Assembly: GCA_964016885.1 (NCBI GenBank)
Contig: OZ024754.1
Span: 4,898,001-4,962,000, forward strand
DNA: 64,000 nt
Source: Eledone cirrhosa
Lineage: Eukaryota
Direction of reading: 5' to 3'
Below, piece by piece: positions 16,012 through 30,687 of this stretch (its first letter is position 1; the number at the start of each line of letters is the position of its first letter). Made by a program: the position numbers and the translations under genes. Under the pieces are notes generated by a model, which was given only the letters and a program-made list of their open reading frames with translations, made no database searches and was not told the origin of the DNA.

Positions 16012-16207
16012 AATGTTAGACCCCGACGTCAGAGCTCAAGCCGTCCCGACTGCTATTTCTGGACTGAAATCGACCAGAAATAGCCGGTGAAACGGCTTGA
16101 GCTCTGACGTCGGGGTCTAACATTTTCCTGTTACCCACTCTACTACCCTAAGTATTGAGTACTCTGGTGCGTTATGGTCCATCTGGTTCCTTACCACACC
16201 TCCTTCG

Positions 16208-16257
<50 letters not shown>

Positions 16258-16551
16258 TCAGCTATGTATTGAGTACCTTACTTAATGTGGTTACTCCCGA
16301 TTGATTCCTTGATTCCGTGATAAATATATATATATATATATATATATAGGAACGAGTAGGAGCCCGACGGCTGAGCTCAAGCCGTTTCGACGGCTAATTC
16401 TGGACAATTCTGGGAGTCCAGAATTAGCCGTCGAAACGGCTTGAGCTCAGCCGTCGGGGTCCTACTCGTTCCTATTACCCACTCTACTACCCTAAGTATT
16501 GAGTACTTTGGTGCGTTATGGTCCACCTGGTTCCTTACCACATTTCCTTCG

Positions 16552-16594
<43 letters not shown>

Positions 16595-16761
16595 AAAATG
16601 ATCAAGAACCCGACGGCAGAGCTCGAGCCGTTTCGACGGCTATTTCTGGACTCCAGAAATAGCCGTCGAAACCCCGTCGGGGTCTTGATCATTTTCCTAT
16701 TACCCACTCTACTACCCTAAATATTGAGTACTCTGGTGCGTTATGGTCCACTTCCTTCGTT
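16011..16761 (+). mobile_element. Three family B fold-back elements (16011-16209, 16348-16554, 16592-16761) plus a family A tail fragment, separated by (TA)n
   Basis: Inverted arms around CCAGAAATAGCCGTCGAAACGGCTTGAGCTCTGCCGTCGGGGTC, then the tail CACTCTACTACCCTAAGTATTGAGTACTCTGGTGCGTTATGGTCC. Confidence 0.9.
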
Positions 16762-16990
16762 ATATATACACGCACATGTATATAACTGCTCTGTAAAACA
16801 ACTGATGTTATTACATTGAGCTATATATCTTACTGGTAATAGGATAGTAATTAATGACTATCTTTCACTATTTAAGGTTTGTATATATAATATATTACCA
16901 TTAAAGGTTTTATTACATACATAACCATAAATAGTACCCTTAATACTATATATATATTTATTTATTTATTTATAAAACTGATCTAAATTA

Positions 16991-17055
16991 TATTTTATCT
17001 GATGAAAGCACACTATAATTTAACTTGGTGTCCTTGAAATATGTATAATGAAATA
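16991..17055 (+). ncRNA. Type I hammerhead ribozyme, family E
   Basis: Stem [17 protein letters not shown], core CTGATGA, stem II AAGCACAC/GTGTCCTT, then GAAA TATGTA TA. Confidence 0.8.
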
Positions 17056-17172
17056 AATATGGTTTTATAAATATAGTATCCATTTGTTAATATCGTATAT
17101 ATATATATGTATATATATTATGTATATATTTGAATATCTATACTTATATATATCTATATCCATCTACCTCTG

Positions 17173-17548
17173 ATAGTTGTAATAATGAGGTGGTGGTGGT
17201 TGTGATAGTTGTAATAATGAGGTGATGGTGTTGGTGTTGGTAGTGGTGGTGGTGGTGATAGTTGTAATAATGAGGTGGTGGTGGTGGTGGTGGTGGTGGT
17301 GATAGTTGTAATAATGAGGTGATGGTGTTGGTGTTGGTAGTGGTGGTGGTGGTGATAGTTGTAATAATGAGGTGGTGGTGGTGGTGGTGGTGGTGGTGAT
17401 AGTTGTAATAATGAGGTGATGGTGTTGGTGTTGGTAGTGGTGGTGGTGGTGATAGTTGTAATAATGAGGTGGTGGTGGTGGTGGTGGTGGTGGTGGTGGT
17501 GATAGTTGTAATAATAATGAGGTGGTGGTGGTGGTGGTGGTGGTGGTG
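17173..17548. repeat. Compound (GGT)n minisatellite with unit GATAGTTGTAATAATGAGGT...
   Basis: Tandem units visible. Confidence 0.9.
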
Positions 17549-17780
17549 TTTGAATCTGAGTCAATTCTGGCCAAGCTGAAGCTGACTCACAATCACACGG
17601 CTTGACAAACCTGACCATCCCTCCTTTCCATTCAAACTTCAACAATACATCCTGCACTCTCTTTCTTCCTATTTCTAGCAGGTCGCCTTTGCTGTTGTTG
17701 TTGTTGTTGTTGTTGCTGTTGTTGCTGTTGTTTTTTCCAACTTCAAAAACAGACATAATATATATATAGTATATATATAT

Positions 17781-17960
17781 AGGAAAAAGTATGATCCCGA
17801 CGGCAGAGCTCAAGCCGTTTCGACGGCTATTTCTGGACGACGAAACGGCTTGAGCTCTGCTGTCGGGGTCATACTTTTTCCTATTACCCACTCTACTACC
17901 CTAAGTATTGAGTACTCTGGTGCGTTATTATCTATCTGGTTCCTTACCACAATTCCTTTG

Positions 17961-17962
<2 letters not shown>
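17781..17962 (+). mobile_element. Family B fold-back element. Further copies or fragments at 12490-12550, 13055-13080, 19067-19216, 20776-20932(-), 21660-21835(-, diverged), 28637-28795(-), 35772-35900(-), 36230-36345(-), 42536-42621
   Basis: Same arms and tail, nearly all flanked by (TA)n. Confidence 0.9.
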
Positions 17963-18025
<63 letters not shown>

Positions 18026-18145
18026 AGTTAAAAATGCATTATCTGCTTCAGGAATCGTACCCATGATCCTATGACCTCGAGCCAAACATCTTAACCCCTA
18101 AACCATTTACCTAGAAGTCCTGGGCTAAACAGCTCCATCCCATGT

Positions 18146-18212
<67 letters not shown>

Positions 18213-18288
18213 GTACTTACATATACACTTACACATATACGTATATGCATATATCATACTTACATACAAGCACACACTTACATAATAT

Positions 18289-18325
<37 letters not shown>

Positions 18326-18360
18326 ATATAAGATCAAAAGATGGTTAAAAGAGTTCCATG

Positions 18361-18431
18361 TATTTTATTATGCGCATTTCAAAAACAAATATCACCATGG
18401 GATGATATCTGCGTTCTCATCAGATACAATA
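18361..18431 (-). ncRNA. Type I hammerhead ribozyme, family D, within repeat 18326-18516
   Basis: Minus strand: TATTGTAT CTGATGA GAACGCAGATATCATC CCAT GGTGATATTTGTTTTT GAAA TGCGCA TA ATAAAATA. Confidence 0.8.
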
Positions 18432-19523
18432 GGGATACATGATATGTAGCTTAAAAAAACACTTGTGAATAGTGAAGTTTTAAATCAACATATTCAACCA
18501 TCTTTTGATCTTATATTATTTATACTCCGGTCCTACAAACTGTAGAGTGCTACTTATCCGATATTTGCATTGTTTTATTGTGCTACAATAAAACTCACCT
18601 CCTACATTATATATATATTTATATGTATATATATATATACACACACACAAACAAAGACACGCAAACAAGCAGACACATAGACACGAACACAGACACACAC
18701 AAACGCATGCAGACACACACGCACACACATACACACACAAACACATGCAGGCACACGCACACACACACAAACCCAGGCACACACACACACACAGGCATAC
18801 ACACAGACTCACACACACAGAAACATACGTGACAAAGCTGTCATCGATTTAACGAAAGAATGTTTATAGGAAGGCTAATTATGCTAGAAATAGCAGTCAA
18901 ATCAAACCCTACTAATTTTCTTTTTAAAACACTTATATTAAGACACATTCGATGATGTAGTCCTACATACACTATATCTCGTTCAGATGAGGGAAGGGGG
19001 AGTTCAACGAGGCAAGGTGGTCATAGCTGGAACGGTATATATATAATATATATATATATATATGTATTTCGACGGCTAGTCCAGAAATAGCCGTCGAAAC
19101 GGCTTGAGCTCTGCTGTCGGGGTCATACTTTCTCCTATTACCCACTCTACTACTCTAAGTATTGAGTACTCTGGTGCGTTATAGTCCATCTGGTTCCTTA
19201 CCACACTTCCTTCGTTATATATATATATGTATATATATAACGAAGTAGATGTAAATAGACTCGTTTCTTGTGGCGTAGGTATAATGTTTGTGTGTGTGTG
19301 TGTGTGTGCCTGTCTTTGTATGTGTGTGTGTGTGTGTGATATTTATCTCTCTATATATATATATGAGTGCGTCTGTGTGTGAGCGAGTATGTGTACATAT
19401 ATATGTGTGAGTGTTTGTGTGTGTGTGTGTGTGTGAGTGAGTGAGTGTGTGTATGTGAGTGAGTGTGCCTGTGTGTGTGTGTGTGTGTGTGCCTGTGTGT
19501 GTGTGTGTGCCTGTGTGTGTGTG

Positions 19524-19574
<51 letters not shown>

Positions 19575-20297
19575 CTGTGTGTGTGTGTATGTGAGTGAGT
19601 GTGTGTGAGTATGTGAGTGAGTGTGTGTGTACCCAACATTCATCATATATATGATAGCGAGTACACGTGTGAGCCTTAAAAACACTACTCCTCCTCTTTC
19701 TCTCTCCCTCCATTCCCCTCTCTCTCTTTATCTCCCCTCCCGTCTCTCTTACATAGACATATACACACACACAGACATATATATATATATATACATTAAC
19801 ATACACACACACACATATATATACACATATACACATACACACATATATATACATTCACAACATACACACATACACATACACAACATACACACATATATAT
19901 TTATATATATAAATACACAACATACACATATACACATATATACACACATATATATACACATATACATTCACAACACACACATATATACATTTACAACATA
20001 GTCACATATTTATATGTATAGTCACATATATATATACAACATAGTCACATATATATACACACATATATATATGTATATATACGCATATACATATACACAT
20101 ATATATGTATATATACACATACACATATACACATATATATGTATATATACACATACACATATACACATATATATGTATATATACACATATGTACACCCAT
20201 CCTATGAGAGATTGGTTTACTCACTCTGAGATAATCTCTGAAATAGTTATTACGTACCATATAATAGTTTCTAACAAAAGTCAGTAAATATCTTATT

Positions 20298-20465
20298 AAA
20301 GTCGATTATATCAACCCCCGTGTATCACTGGTACTCTGTTTTATCGACCCCGGAAGGATAACAGATACAATTGACCTCGGCAGGATTTGAACTCAGAACC
20401 TGAAGGACAGAAATACTCCTAATTATTTTGTATGACACTCTAACAACTCTGCCTACACACCGCCC
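20298..20465 (-). mobile_element. Diverged SINE S1 copy
   Basis: TTTATCGACCCCGGAAGG...GATTTGAACTCAG. Confidence 0.8.
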
Positions 20466-20666
20466 TCAATATGTATTATATAATGTATAATACCGAGAGT
20501 GAATATATATATATATATATATAAGGATTAAAATACTGGAGCGTGTTGGAGTTAAACACCCTCTTCGTATTATAGAAATGACAGTAAAGGGTATAGCTCA
20601 ATGTAATTAAAACAGAGCCGAAGAGTTTTCGGCTTGTATTGGCCGATAGTACTTCTTGTGGTTTTG

Positions 20667-20711
20667 ATTGCCCTGATGAGTCCTTAATAGGACGAAACAT
20701 TGTTGGCTAAT
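20667..20711 (+). ncRNA. Type I hammerhead ribozyme, family G
   Basis: ATTGCC CTGATGA GTCC TTAATA GGAC GAAA C ATT G TT GGC(T)AAT, overlapping an AATAAA. Confidence 0.75.
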
Positions 20712-20929
20712 AAAGACTTTTGATGTATTGAAGGCTTCTTTGTTTTATTTTCATAATATATATATATATATATATAACAAAGGAGTTGGGGTAAGGAACC
20801 AGATGGACCATAACGCACCAGAGTACTCAATACTTAGGGTAGTAGAGTGGGTAATAGGAGAGAGAGTATGACCCCGAGAGAAATAGCCGTCGAAACGGCT
20901 TGAGCTCTGCCGTCGTGGTCATACTCTCT

Positions 20930-20968
<39 letters not shown>

Positions 20969-21283
20969 TCAACGGAAACTTCAATACTTATACAGCTCCC
21001 AAGGGAATGATCGTAGCATATTCTACATCTTTATGAGATTGGCCACTTCCAGCCCTTTTAAAGTCGAGCACTCTTCAGTCAATAGGATTTTAAACCAATA
21101 CTGAACATGGATAAATATCCTTTGAGGTAGGAGGACGTTTTTCGTATTCGTCTTATTCGGGAAATAAGACAAATATCATCATGAGATGATATCTGCGTTT
21201 TCATCAGATAAAATAGGGATACATATGTTGATTTAAAACTTCACTATTCACAAGTGTTTTTTAACCTTCATATCATGTATCCC

Positions 21284-21354
21284 TATTTTATCTGATGAAA
21301 ACGCAGATATCATCTCATGATGATATTTGTTTTTGAAATGCGCATAATAAAATA
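21284..21354 (+). ncRNA. Type I hammerhead ribozyme, family D, preceded by a partial inverted copy at 21169-21222
   Basis: Perfect 8-bp stem [17 protein letters not shown], core CTGATGA, stem II of about 16 bp, GAAA, palindromic stem III ATGCGCAT, AUA cleavage triplet. Confidence 0.88.
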
Positions 21355-21384
21355 CTTGGAACTCTTTTAACCATCTTTTGATCT

Positions 21385-21424
<40 letters not shown>

Positions 21425-21468
21425 AAGTTAAATAAAAGTCAAATGATTAAAATTTAGCTTCGTTTATT

Positions 21469-21523
21469 ACTGCTATATATATTTCAGTGACAGCCATCTT
21501 TGGCTGTGACCTCTTCAGGTAGT
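21469..21523 (-). ncRNA. Type I hammerhead ribozyme, family H
   Basis: Minus strand: ACTAC CTGAAGA GGTCACAGCC AAAGAT GGCTGTCACT GAAA TATATA TA GCAGT, then AATAAA. Confidence 0.8.
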
Positions 21524-22495
21524 TTGAATTAGTATGGTATAGACAAGTACATATGTTGTTTAGGTGTATGATATTGTCAATACTCTGATATGCCCAGTTC
21601 CTTGTTGGGTTGTTAATTCACTGGGGAACTGGAGTCATATATATATATATCAGAATGGAGACGGTAAAAACCAGTTAGGCTATTACTCACCAGAGTACTT
21701 GGGATAGTAGAGTGAGTAATATGAAAAATCCGGGGCGCCGACGGCTGAGCTCTAGCCATTTCAACAGCTAGATCCGAACTCCGATCTAGCTGTTGAAATA
21801 GCCGGAGCTCAGCCATCGGTGTCCAGAATTTTTCATATATATATATATATCCGGTTTAGAGAAATTCATACCATCATCCTAACTTTGCCCGACCCCTCCT
21901 TGAATATTATGCTTCACTGTGGTCTCCTCTCACAAGACATGGTAATATGAAAATTGAAGCACCCTAGAGGTCAATTACAAAAAAGGATAGACGGCTTGAC
22001 AGGCTTTAACCAATGCGGGCGACAAGAAAATCTCAAACTCTACTCTCCCCCAACACCGCCTTGAGCTCCACATCATTTGTATGATGTGGAAATATTCCAT
22101 CAATATTGTCCAAATGATGTTGACCTCACATTTAAAATCAACCCACCTAAGGCTAGGTCCCCGTACTTTCTACACACTACAAAGATCGAATTCGCAACTC
22201 ATAGCAACAATACGACACAGCTGCTTCACATCCTGCTCTCTTTAATGTCATTCCAAAATACATCGAGACGAAAACAGATCCCATAATATACAAAATTTCC
22301 CTGGAAAATTTCCTCCAAGAAATCCGGGGCAAACCCCCTACACTTGCATGTCTCCAAATTCAACATTTCTTTACTATTGAGGGCCATGGTACCCAAAACA
22401 TGACTAGGTTGGGGACCCATAATCTGAAAGACTTCCTCAGGTCCTGCTATTAAGTTAGATTTAGTCAAGTCAAACACTGGACGAAGCTTATCAAA

Positions 22496-22594
<99 letters not shown>

Positions 22595-22630
22595 TCCGTC
22601 CCTTCAATATCTATCTAATTTCTCATTCTT

Positions 22631-22666
22631 TCTTCTGATGAAGGACTAGCGTCCGAAACGTCACGA
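22631..22666 (+). ncRNA. Minimal Penelope-type hammerhead motif, family F. Related downstream tails at about 4585, 9985 and 29835
   Basis: TCTT CTGATGA A GGAC TAGC GTCC GAAA CG TC ACGA. Confidence 0.65.
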
Positions 22667-22879
22667 CCCTCCTCCTGCTATTTCAAGCGTTAACCTAATA
22701 TATTCTTTCTGTATACTGTACCGATTGTGTTGTTATTTCTGTTTACCTTTTAAATACACAGACACACACACACACACACACACACAGAGTTTTGTTTCTT
22801 TGGAAAGGTTATGGTGCCAATAAAAACATACGCACCAGTTGATGTTCTTTCGGATTTATTATTAGTCAGGTAACTAAGA

Positions 22880-23088
22880 GTGGTGGATTGGCAGTAATCG
22901 GGAGAGCGCCCGACAATATGCTTTACTTCATAGAGTTACGTTCTGTGTTCAGATCCCACCGAGGTTAGCTTTGTATTTCATCCTTACGAGGTCGATAAAT
23001 AAAGTACCAGTAATACACTGGGGTCGATTTACTCGACGTTCTCCTCCCCAAAATTGTTGGCCTGGTACCTAAATTAGAAACCATTATT
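22880..23088 (+). mobile_element. SINE S1 copy
   Basis: TGGATTGGCAGTAATCGG...GTTCAGATCCC...CATCCTTACGAGGTCGATAAATAAAGTACCAG. Confidence 0.88.
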
Positions 23089-23382
23089 AGTCGGGTAACT
23101 AATGTATTCCTTGGTTTTTTTTCAATATCTGGATGGTTATTTATTTATCAAAGTACTTTCGTCACGCATCTGTGACCTTCTCAATAACTATTTTGGTCTT
23201 CTGTGTCACATCTTCGTTTTGATTTCGTTTGAGCGTGTCAATCTTCTTTTTCTATCATACATATATACATATATAAATGCATAGTATCATGAATAAATAC
23301 ACACATATAAATATATACATACATGAATAGATAAATACATACATACGCACATATTAATATATGCATACATATATACATATAT

Positions 23383-23479
<97 letters not shown>

Positions 23480-23599
23480 GTGTGTATAGTGGTAGCTATG
23501 GTGCTTCCGCAGACGGTATGCCAAAATTAGCACTCGATATTCATCAGAGTAGAGTGTATATATTATCAGAGTGATAAAATTTGCTCCGGACATAACAGA

Positions 23600-23690
23600 C
23601 GTGTCTGAAAGAACCCGCATAAGTAGAATCAGCCAGATCCATACAAGGACCATGACTCGAGCTACATGCCGGCGAAACATTTGTAACACG
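23600..23690 (+). ncRNA. Hammerhead-like fold with a long stem II (family C-related)
   Basis: Stem I CGTGT/ACACG flanks CTGAAAGA...GAAA CATTTG TA. Stem II CCCGCAT..GTAG/CTAC ATGCCGG. AATAAA follows. An inverted tail motif lies at 23500-23556. Confidence 0.65.
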
Positions 23691-23734
23691 AAATAAACTA
23701 AGTCCAGATGCATCACTGATTTTTCGTTTTCTTG

Positions 23735-23811
<77 letters not shown>

Positions 23812-24157
23812 GCATACATACTTTCCTACACGTCTACACAAACACACATTACACATAGCCAAATATACATACACACACATACACACACATACATACATAT
23901 ACATACATACATACATACATACATACATACATACATACATACATAAACACACATACATACGTACTTACACACATACATACATACATACATACATACATAC
24001 AGAACCCTATTATCAGATGGTTGTCTTTGGCTGGTAAAGATGTGTATTATTCTTTCTCCAAGACCTATCTCTCGTATCTACCAAACCCCACGATATCCTG
24101 TTAATTTTATTTTATCTACCCAGAAAAGCTAAATAATACAGAATATATATATATTAT

Positions 24158-24208
<51 letters not shown>

Positions 24209-24360
24209 ATATATATAGATATATATATTTATGTATGTATATATGTATATATATATATATATATGTATGTATATATGTATAAATATACATGTATGTATAT
24301 ATATAGTTATAGATATATAGATATATACACACACACACACCCACACACACACACATATAT

Positions 24361-24480
24361 ATCTGAATGAAACAGTACTAGTCCTGTAGAAGCTCCTTCC
24401 ATAAAATAAAAAAAATTTTACTCTGCCATGTATTGAGTACCTTACTTACTGTGGTTATCCCCGACTCAACCCGGGACCTA
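24361..24480 (+). mobile_element. 5'-truncated family A element (3' half of ribozyme plus tail)
   Basis: GAATGAAACAGTACTAGTCCTGTAGAAGCTC...ACTCTGCCATGTATTGAGTACC. Confidence 0.85.
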
Positions 24481-24551
24481 CGTATATTTATATATATATA
24501 TATATATATAGTTATAGATATATAGATATATACACACACCCACACACACAC

Positions 24552-24608
<57 letters not shown>

Positions 24609-24609
24609 C

Positions 24610-24835
24610 AGGTAGTGTAACGCGGAGTTATTGTAGGGTGAGCACTCGATGTTTCGGTTCACGTCGGTATCGAGCTAGACAGAGTCATTACTACCAGAGA
24701 TCCGACGAGCCATTGATTACAGAGTCGGGTTAGATCGATACAGATCGAACCATGAGCTGATCAATAGCGAAACGCGCGTCACCAACCAATGAACGTAATG
24801 AAGGAGTAACCATTCGTCCATTCGTCCTTGTTTTA
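24610..24835. mobile_element. Family C element: inverted tail plus long-stem-II hammerhead at 24699-24783 (+)
   Basis: CCGACGA GCCATTGAT...ATCAATAGC GAAA CGCGCG TC ACC. Confidence 0.7.
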
Positions 24836-24893
24836 TTATATATATATTACATATATTTGTATATCTATATATATATGTATATATATATATATA

Positions 24894-24958
<65 letters not shown>

Positions 24959-25145
24959 GGTGTTGGATGCTTAAAGCATCCGTATGCGGTAGGCCGTATG
25001 AGCACTCGATGCTCATACGGCCTACTGCGATTATCTGAGCCAGGTTCGATCACCACATCGATCGTGCCTCGAGCTGGTCGCCAGAGAAACGATTGTAATA
25101 TGTCCAATAAATTCCATTCGTCGTAACACTGATACCCTTTTTCCT

Positions 25146-25216
<71 letters not shown>

Positions 25217-25217
<1 letters not shown>

Positions 25218-25562
25218 GAGGCACATGGCTTAGTGGTTAGAGCAGTGGCCTTGCAATCGAAAGGTTGTGAGTTCAATTCTCAGACCGGGTGATGTGTTGT
25301 TTCCTTGAGCAAGACACTTTATTTCACATTGCTCCAGTTTACTCAGCTGTAGAAATGAGATGATAGGGACTGGGGTTCCTATCATTCCACTGCAAAGTGG
25401 TCGTGGAGGTGCCACATCAAAAAAGCGCCCAGTACTCACTGTAAATGAGGTTGGTGTTAGGAAGGGCATCCAGCTGTAGAAATCAAGCCAGAATCAGTTC
25501 CGTCCCACCCTTGCAAGCAGGGAAAAGTGGACGTAAAATGAAATGATGAAATGATGATGATG
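25217..25562 (+). mobile_element. tRNA-derived SINE, family S2, with a CORE-like central motif and (ATG)n tail. Other copies at about 25610-26060, 40857-40970, 62175-62300(-), tail at 62461-62613(-)
   Basis: A box TGGCTTAGTGG, B box GAGTTCAATTC, CCTTGAGCAAGACACTT (resembles the CORE-SINE motif CCTTGGGCAAGTCACTT), GGAAGGGCATCCAGC. Confidence 0.88.
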
Positions 25563-26064
25563 ATATATGTGTGTGTGTGTATATATACATTCAATATCAT
25601 TAAATATTGTGAGGCTGAGTTCGATTCCTGGGCAGAGCTGTTTGTTTTGTCCTTGAGGAAGACACTTTATTTCACGTTGCTCCAGTTTTGTCAGCTATAG
25701 AAATGAGTTCTGACGTCACTGGTACCAAGCTGTTTCGGCCATTGCCTTTCCCTAGGAAAACATTATTGGCATGGAGACGAAAAACTGGTATGCATTCCCA
25801 GCTAACATTAAAGACATTGCTGATCCTTGATCTACGTTTTGGCCTAGATCAGGTTGGATTAAAAAGAGCACTGAGTCTATTATTATTGCCACACAAGACC
25901 AGGTGCTCAAAACCAATTGAGTAACAGCTAACATCGATGGACAAAATTGCTCTCCATGCAGAGTATGCCATAAACAGACGAATCTGTGACACACAATGCT
26001 AGTGGATGTGAACAATTAGCAAAAGGACGTTATAAAATCCGGCATGATCTTACAGCTAAAAAGC

Positions 26065-26480
26065 GCGGTAGATTGGCAGCATCGGTAGAGCGTCCTTTAC
26101 GATCTGAGTTTGCCCCTTTACGATCTGAGTTTGCCCCTTTACGATCAGAGTTTGCCCCTTTACGATCAGAGTTTGCCCCTTTACGATCTGAGTTTGCCCC
26201 TTTACGATCTGAGTTTGCCCCTTTACGATCTGAGTTTGCCCCTTTACGATCTGAGTTCAAATCCGGCCGAGGTTAGCTTTGCCTTTCATCCTTACGGGGT
26301 CGATAAAATAAAGAACCAATAAAGGCCAGTAATTTTGGGAGAGTGGAAAGTCGATTAAATCGATCGCAGTGCTTGACTGGTACTTTATTTTATCGACCCT
26401 GTAGGGATGAAAGGCAAAGTTAACTGGGGTCGATTTACCCGACTTTCCCCTCCCTCCTGCCTAAAGTAGAAACAATTATC
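26065..26480. mobile_element. SINE S1 (+) with an internal 21-bp tandem expansion (26094-26258) and an inverted internal S1 segment (about 26323-26420)
   Basis: About 8 copies of CCTTTACGATCTGAGTTTGCC between the A and B boxes. Confidence 0.9.
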
Positions 26481-26570
26481 TTATAGCAAAAAGAGTCCAT
26501 TGATGTTTACTCTACAAATGTATTTGAGAACCTTACCAACTGTGGTTACCCCGATTGAACCTGGGACCCA

Positions 26571-26653
<83 letters not shown>

Positions 26654-26778
26654 GGGGTAACCACACTTGGTAATGTTATCACAATACAATTCTTTCATGT
26701 CTTACAATACAACAAGCTACTTAAATCTAGTTCATATTTTTTTCATCCTCATCCAAGCATGAAACAGGAGTGAAATTA

Positions 26779-27571
26779 TAATTATAGAGTATACTATGAC
26801 TAAATATCAAATGAAATGTGAAATTTCAGATATAGAGTATACTATGACTAAATATCAAATGAAATGTGAAATTATAATTATAGAGTATACTATGACTAAA
26901 TATCAAATGAAATGTGAAATTTCAGATATAGAGTATACTATGACTAAATATCAAATGAAATGTGAAATTTCAGATATAGAGTATACTATGACTAAATATC
27001 AAATGAAATGTGAAATTTCAGATATAGAGTATACTATGACGAAATATGAAATGCGACATTACAGTTATAGAGTATACTATGACGAAATATGAAATGAAAT
27101 GCGACATTACAGTTATAGAGTATACTATGACGAAATATGAAATGTGAAATTACAGTTATAGAGTATACTATGAGGAAATATGAAATGTGAAATTACAGTT
27201 ATAGAGTATACTATGAGGAAATATGAAATGTGACATTACAGTTATAGAGTATTCTATGACGAAATATGAAATGTGACATTACAGTTATAGAGTATTCTAT
27301 GACGAAATATGAAATGTGACATTACAGCTATAGAGTTTACTATGACGAAATATGAAATGTGACATTACAGTTATAGAGTTTACTATGACGAAATATGAAA
27401 TGTGACATTACAGCTATAGAGTTTACTATGACGAAATATGAAATGTGACATTACAGCTATAGAGTTTACTATGACGAAATATGAAATGTGACAGTAGAGC
27501 TATAGAGTTTACTATGACGAAATATGAAATGTGACATTACAGCTATAGAGTATTATATAACGAAATATGAA
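26779..27571. repeat. Minisatellite, 45-bp units grading into 40-bp units (TATAGAGTATACTATGACGAAATATGAAATGTGACATTACAGT)
   Basis: About 19 tandem units with polarised variants. Confidence 0.95.
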
Positions 27572-27798
27572 TTGGAAAGTTCCAAATTATAGAAATTAAA
27601 TATAAATATAAAAATAGAGTAGTTTAAACAAGATTTGTGAGTGTATGTGTACGTGTGTCTATGTATGTATGTATGTAAGTTGTGTGTATATTTGTAAGCA
27701 TGTCAAGCGTATATATATATATATGGTACATATTTAAATAACCTATATGTGTATACATATCTATATACACAAATCCGCACACACATATACGTTTTTCC

Positions 27799-27870
<72 letters not shown>

Positions 27871-27979
27871 TGCTCACCAACGTAAATATACATAACTTAT
27901 ATAATATATATATGAATATAAATATTTATGTAATATATATTAAATACATATATATAAAATGAGATATGATTTACAGACA

Positions 27980-28034
<55 letters not shown>

Positions 28035-28154
28035 TATATATAGTAAACTATACACTGTATTTAATATACATAGTAATGGGTACGTATATGATTCTATGAA
28101 CTATTTCTATAATATTTAAATGTACATTATATTGTATATTTAAATACGGATATG

Positions 28155-28206
<52 letters not shown>

Positions 28207-28299
28207 ATGTAAATATATATATATATATATGCACATATATATATACATATATATATATAGATGTATACACAGAATATATATATATACACACACATACAC

Positions 28300-28359
<60 letters not shown>

Positions 28360-28377
28360 ATTGTTAGTGTATTCATC

Positions 28378-28418
<41 letters not shown>

Positions 28419-28530
28419 CAAAATATATTATAACATATATATAATAGAATAATAGAATTTGATATAAATTATATATAAATGTATATCATACATAATCACA
28501 CATCAATATATACACACACACACACACACA

Positions 28531-28564
<34 letters not shown>

Positions 28565-28834
28565 CGCTCACAAACAGTGTATGTGTGTGTGTATGTATAT
28601 GTATATATCTATCTATCTATATATATATATATATATAACGAACGAGTTGTGGTAAAGAACCAGATGGACCATAACGCACCAGAGTACTCAATACTTAGGG
28701 TAGTAGAGTCGATAATAGGAAAAAGTATGACCCCGACGGCAGAGCTCAAGAGTCGAAATGGCTTGAGCTCTGCCGTCGGGGTCATACTTTTTCCTATATA
28801 TATATATATATCTACAGATAGATGGATAAATAGG

Positions 28835-28889
<55 letters not shown>

Positions 28890-28939
28890 TAAGTGTATAT
28901 ATATATTTATATTTATACATGTATATTTACACCCACACC

Positions 28940-28977
<38 letters not shown>

Positions 28978-29065
28978 TATATGTATGTGTATATATACAT
29001 ATATCTCTCTATGTTTGCGTCTATTTATGCATATGCATGTGCGTATATGCATATCACATACACAG

Positions 29066-29106
<41 letters not shown>

Positions 29107-29456
29107 CACTCAGTCTCAGACACACAGACACAAGTTCAATTTAACATAGTTTTTTTACACAAAATGATCCGGCCACTATGTACTTCTTAAAAGGAGTAAG
29201 AAGAAGTAGAGGAGTAGGAGGATGAGGAGAGGGAGGGCTAGTAATAGGATGACTAGAAGGAGGGGGGGGGGGGCATCTAAGATTGTGGGGGGGGGGGGGG
29301 TTAAAACTATGCAATGAAACATATTTACATATTTGACATCATTTTAATACGTAGAGCTTGTATTGATGTTAAAACATCGATACCGTGATAAATGGGCTGA
29401 GAGAGAGGCTGACTATATGTATATATATGTATATATAAATTAAAGTATACAAATTG

Positions 29457-29560
<104 letters not shown>

Positions 29561-29568
29561 ATATATAT

Positions 29569-29607
<39 letters not shown>

Positions 29608-29702
29608 TATAGATACATACATACATTTATACATACATACACACACATATATATATGTATATATATATATATATATTTTTTTATTTTTTTATTTTATAGA
29701 AG

Positions 29703-29755
29703 GAACTTCTACAGGACTAGTACTGTTTCATTCAGATGAAATCTTCAGGAAGCTC
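29703..29755 (-). ncRNA. Type I hammerhead ribozyme, family A (N7=A variant)
   Basis: Minus strand: GAGCTTC CTGAAGA TTTC ATCT GAAT GAAA CAG TACTAGTC CTG TA GAAGTTC. Confidence 0.82.
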
Positions 29756-29954
29756 TATATATATACACACATACATTACACACATACATTACACACACAC
29801 ATATATAAATATATATATATATATATATAAAAATCGTTAACCTAATAAACCACTATTTGTACTGCTTCTCTGTTTTTGTTCCTGTCTAAGATTTAACTAT
29901 ATATATATATATATAATATATATATATATATATGTGTGTATACATATATATATA

Positions 29955-30043
<89 letters not shown>

Positions 30044-30088
30044 GTGTGTGTATGTGTATATATATATATATATATGTGTGTGTATGTG

Positions 30089-30119
<31 letters not shown>

Positions 30120-30184
30120 ATGTGTATATATATATATATGTATGTGTATGTGTATATATATATATATATGTGTGTGTGTATGTG

Positions 30185-30255
<71 letters not shown>

Positions 30256-30286
30256 ATGTGTATATATATATATATATATGTGTGTG

Positions 30287-30369
<83 letters not shown>

Positions 30370-30687
30370 ATGTGTATATATATATATATGTATATGTGTG
30401 TGCGTGTGATGATATTCTCATAAACAAACAATATTGACACAAATAAACAAACACAACAACAACAACAGCAACAACAATATTGACATAACCACTCGTCCCC
30501 CTCTCCTTGCGGTCGCTGGAGCTGGATCATCATCATCAACAACATCATCATCATCAACAACAACAATATCATCATCATCATCATCAACAACTATCATCAT
30601 CAACAACAAAATAAATAACAACAATATCAACGACATCAACAGCAACAACAAAATAACAACATTAACATCAACAACGGCATCGATAAT

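Noticed and set aside
21850-22500. Possible LINE ORF2 relic (also 17550-17690)
   Set aside because: Many stops and no diagnostic motif recognisable by eye.
25217-25290. tRNA gene
   Set aside because: It is the tRNA-like head of a SINE, continuous with the SINE body and tail.
26779-27571. Repeat protein (MTKYQMKCEISDIEYT)n or CRISPR array
   Set aside because: It is a minisatellite whose unit shifts from 45 to 40 bp, breaking the frame, and it has no spacers.
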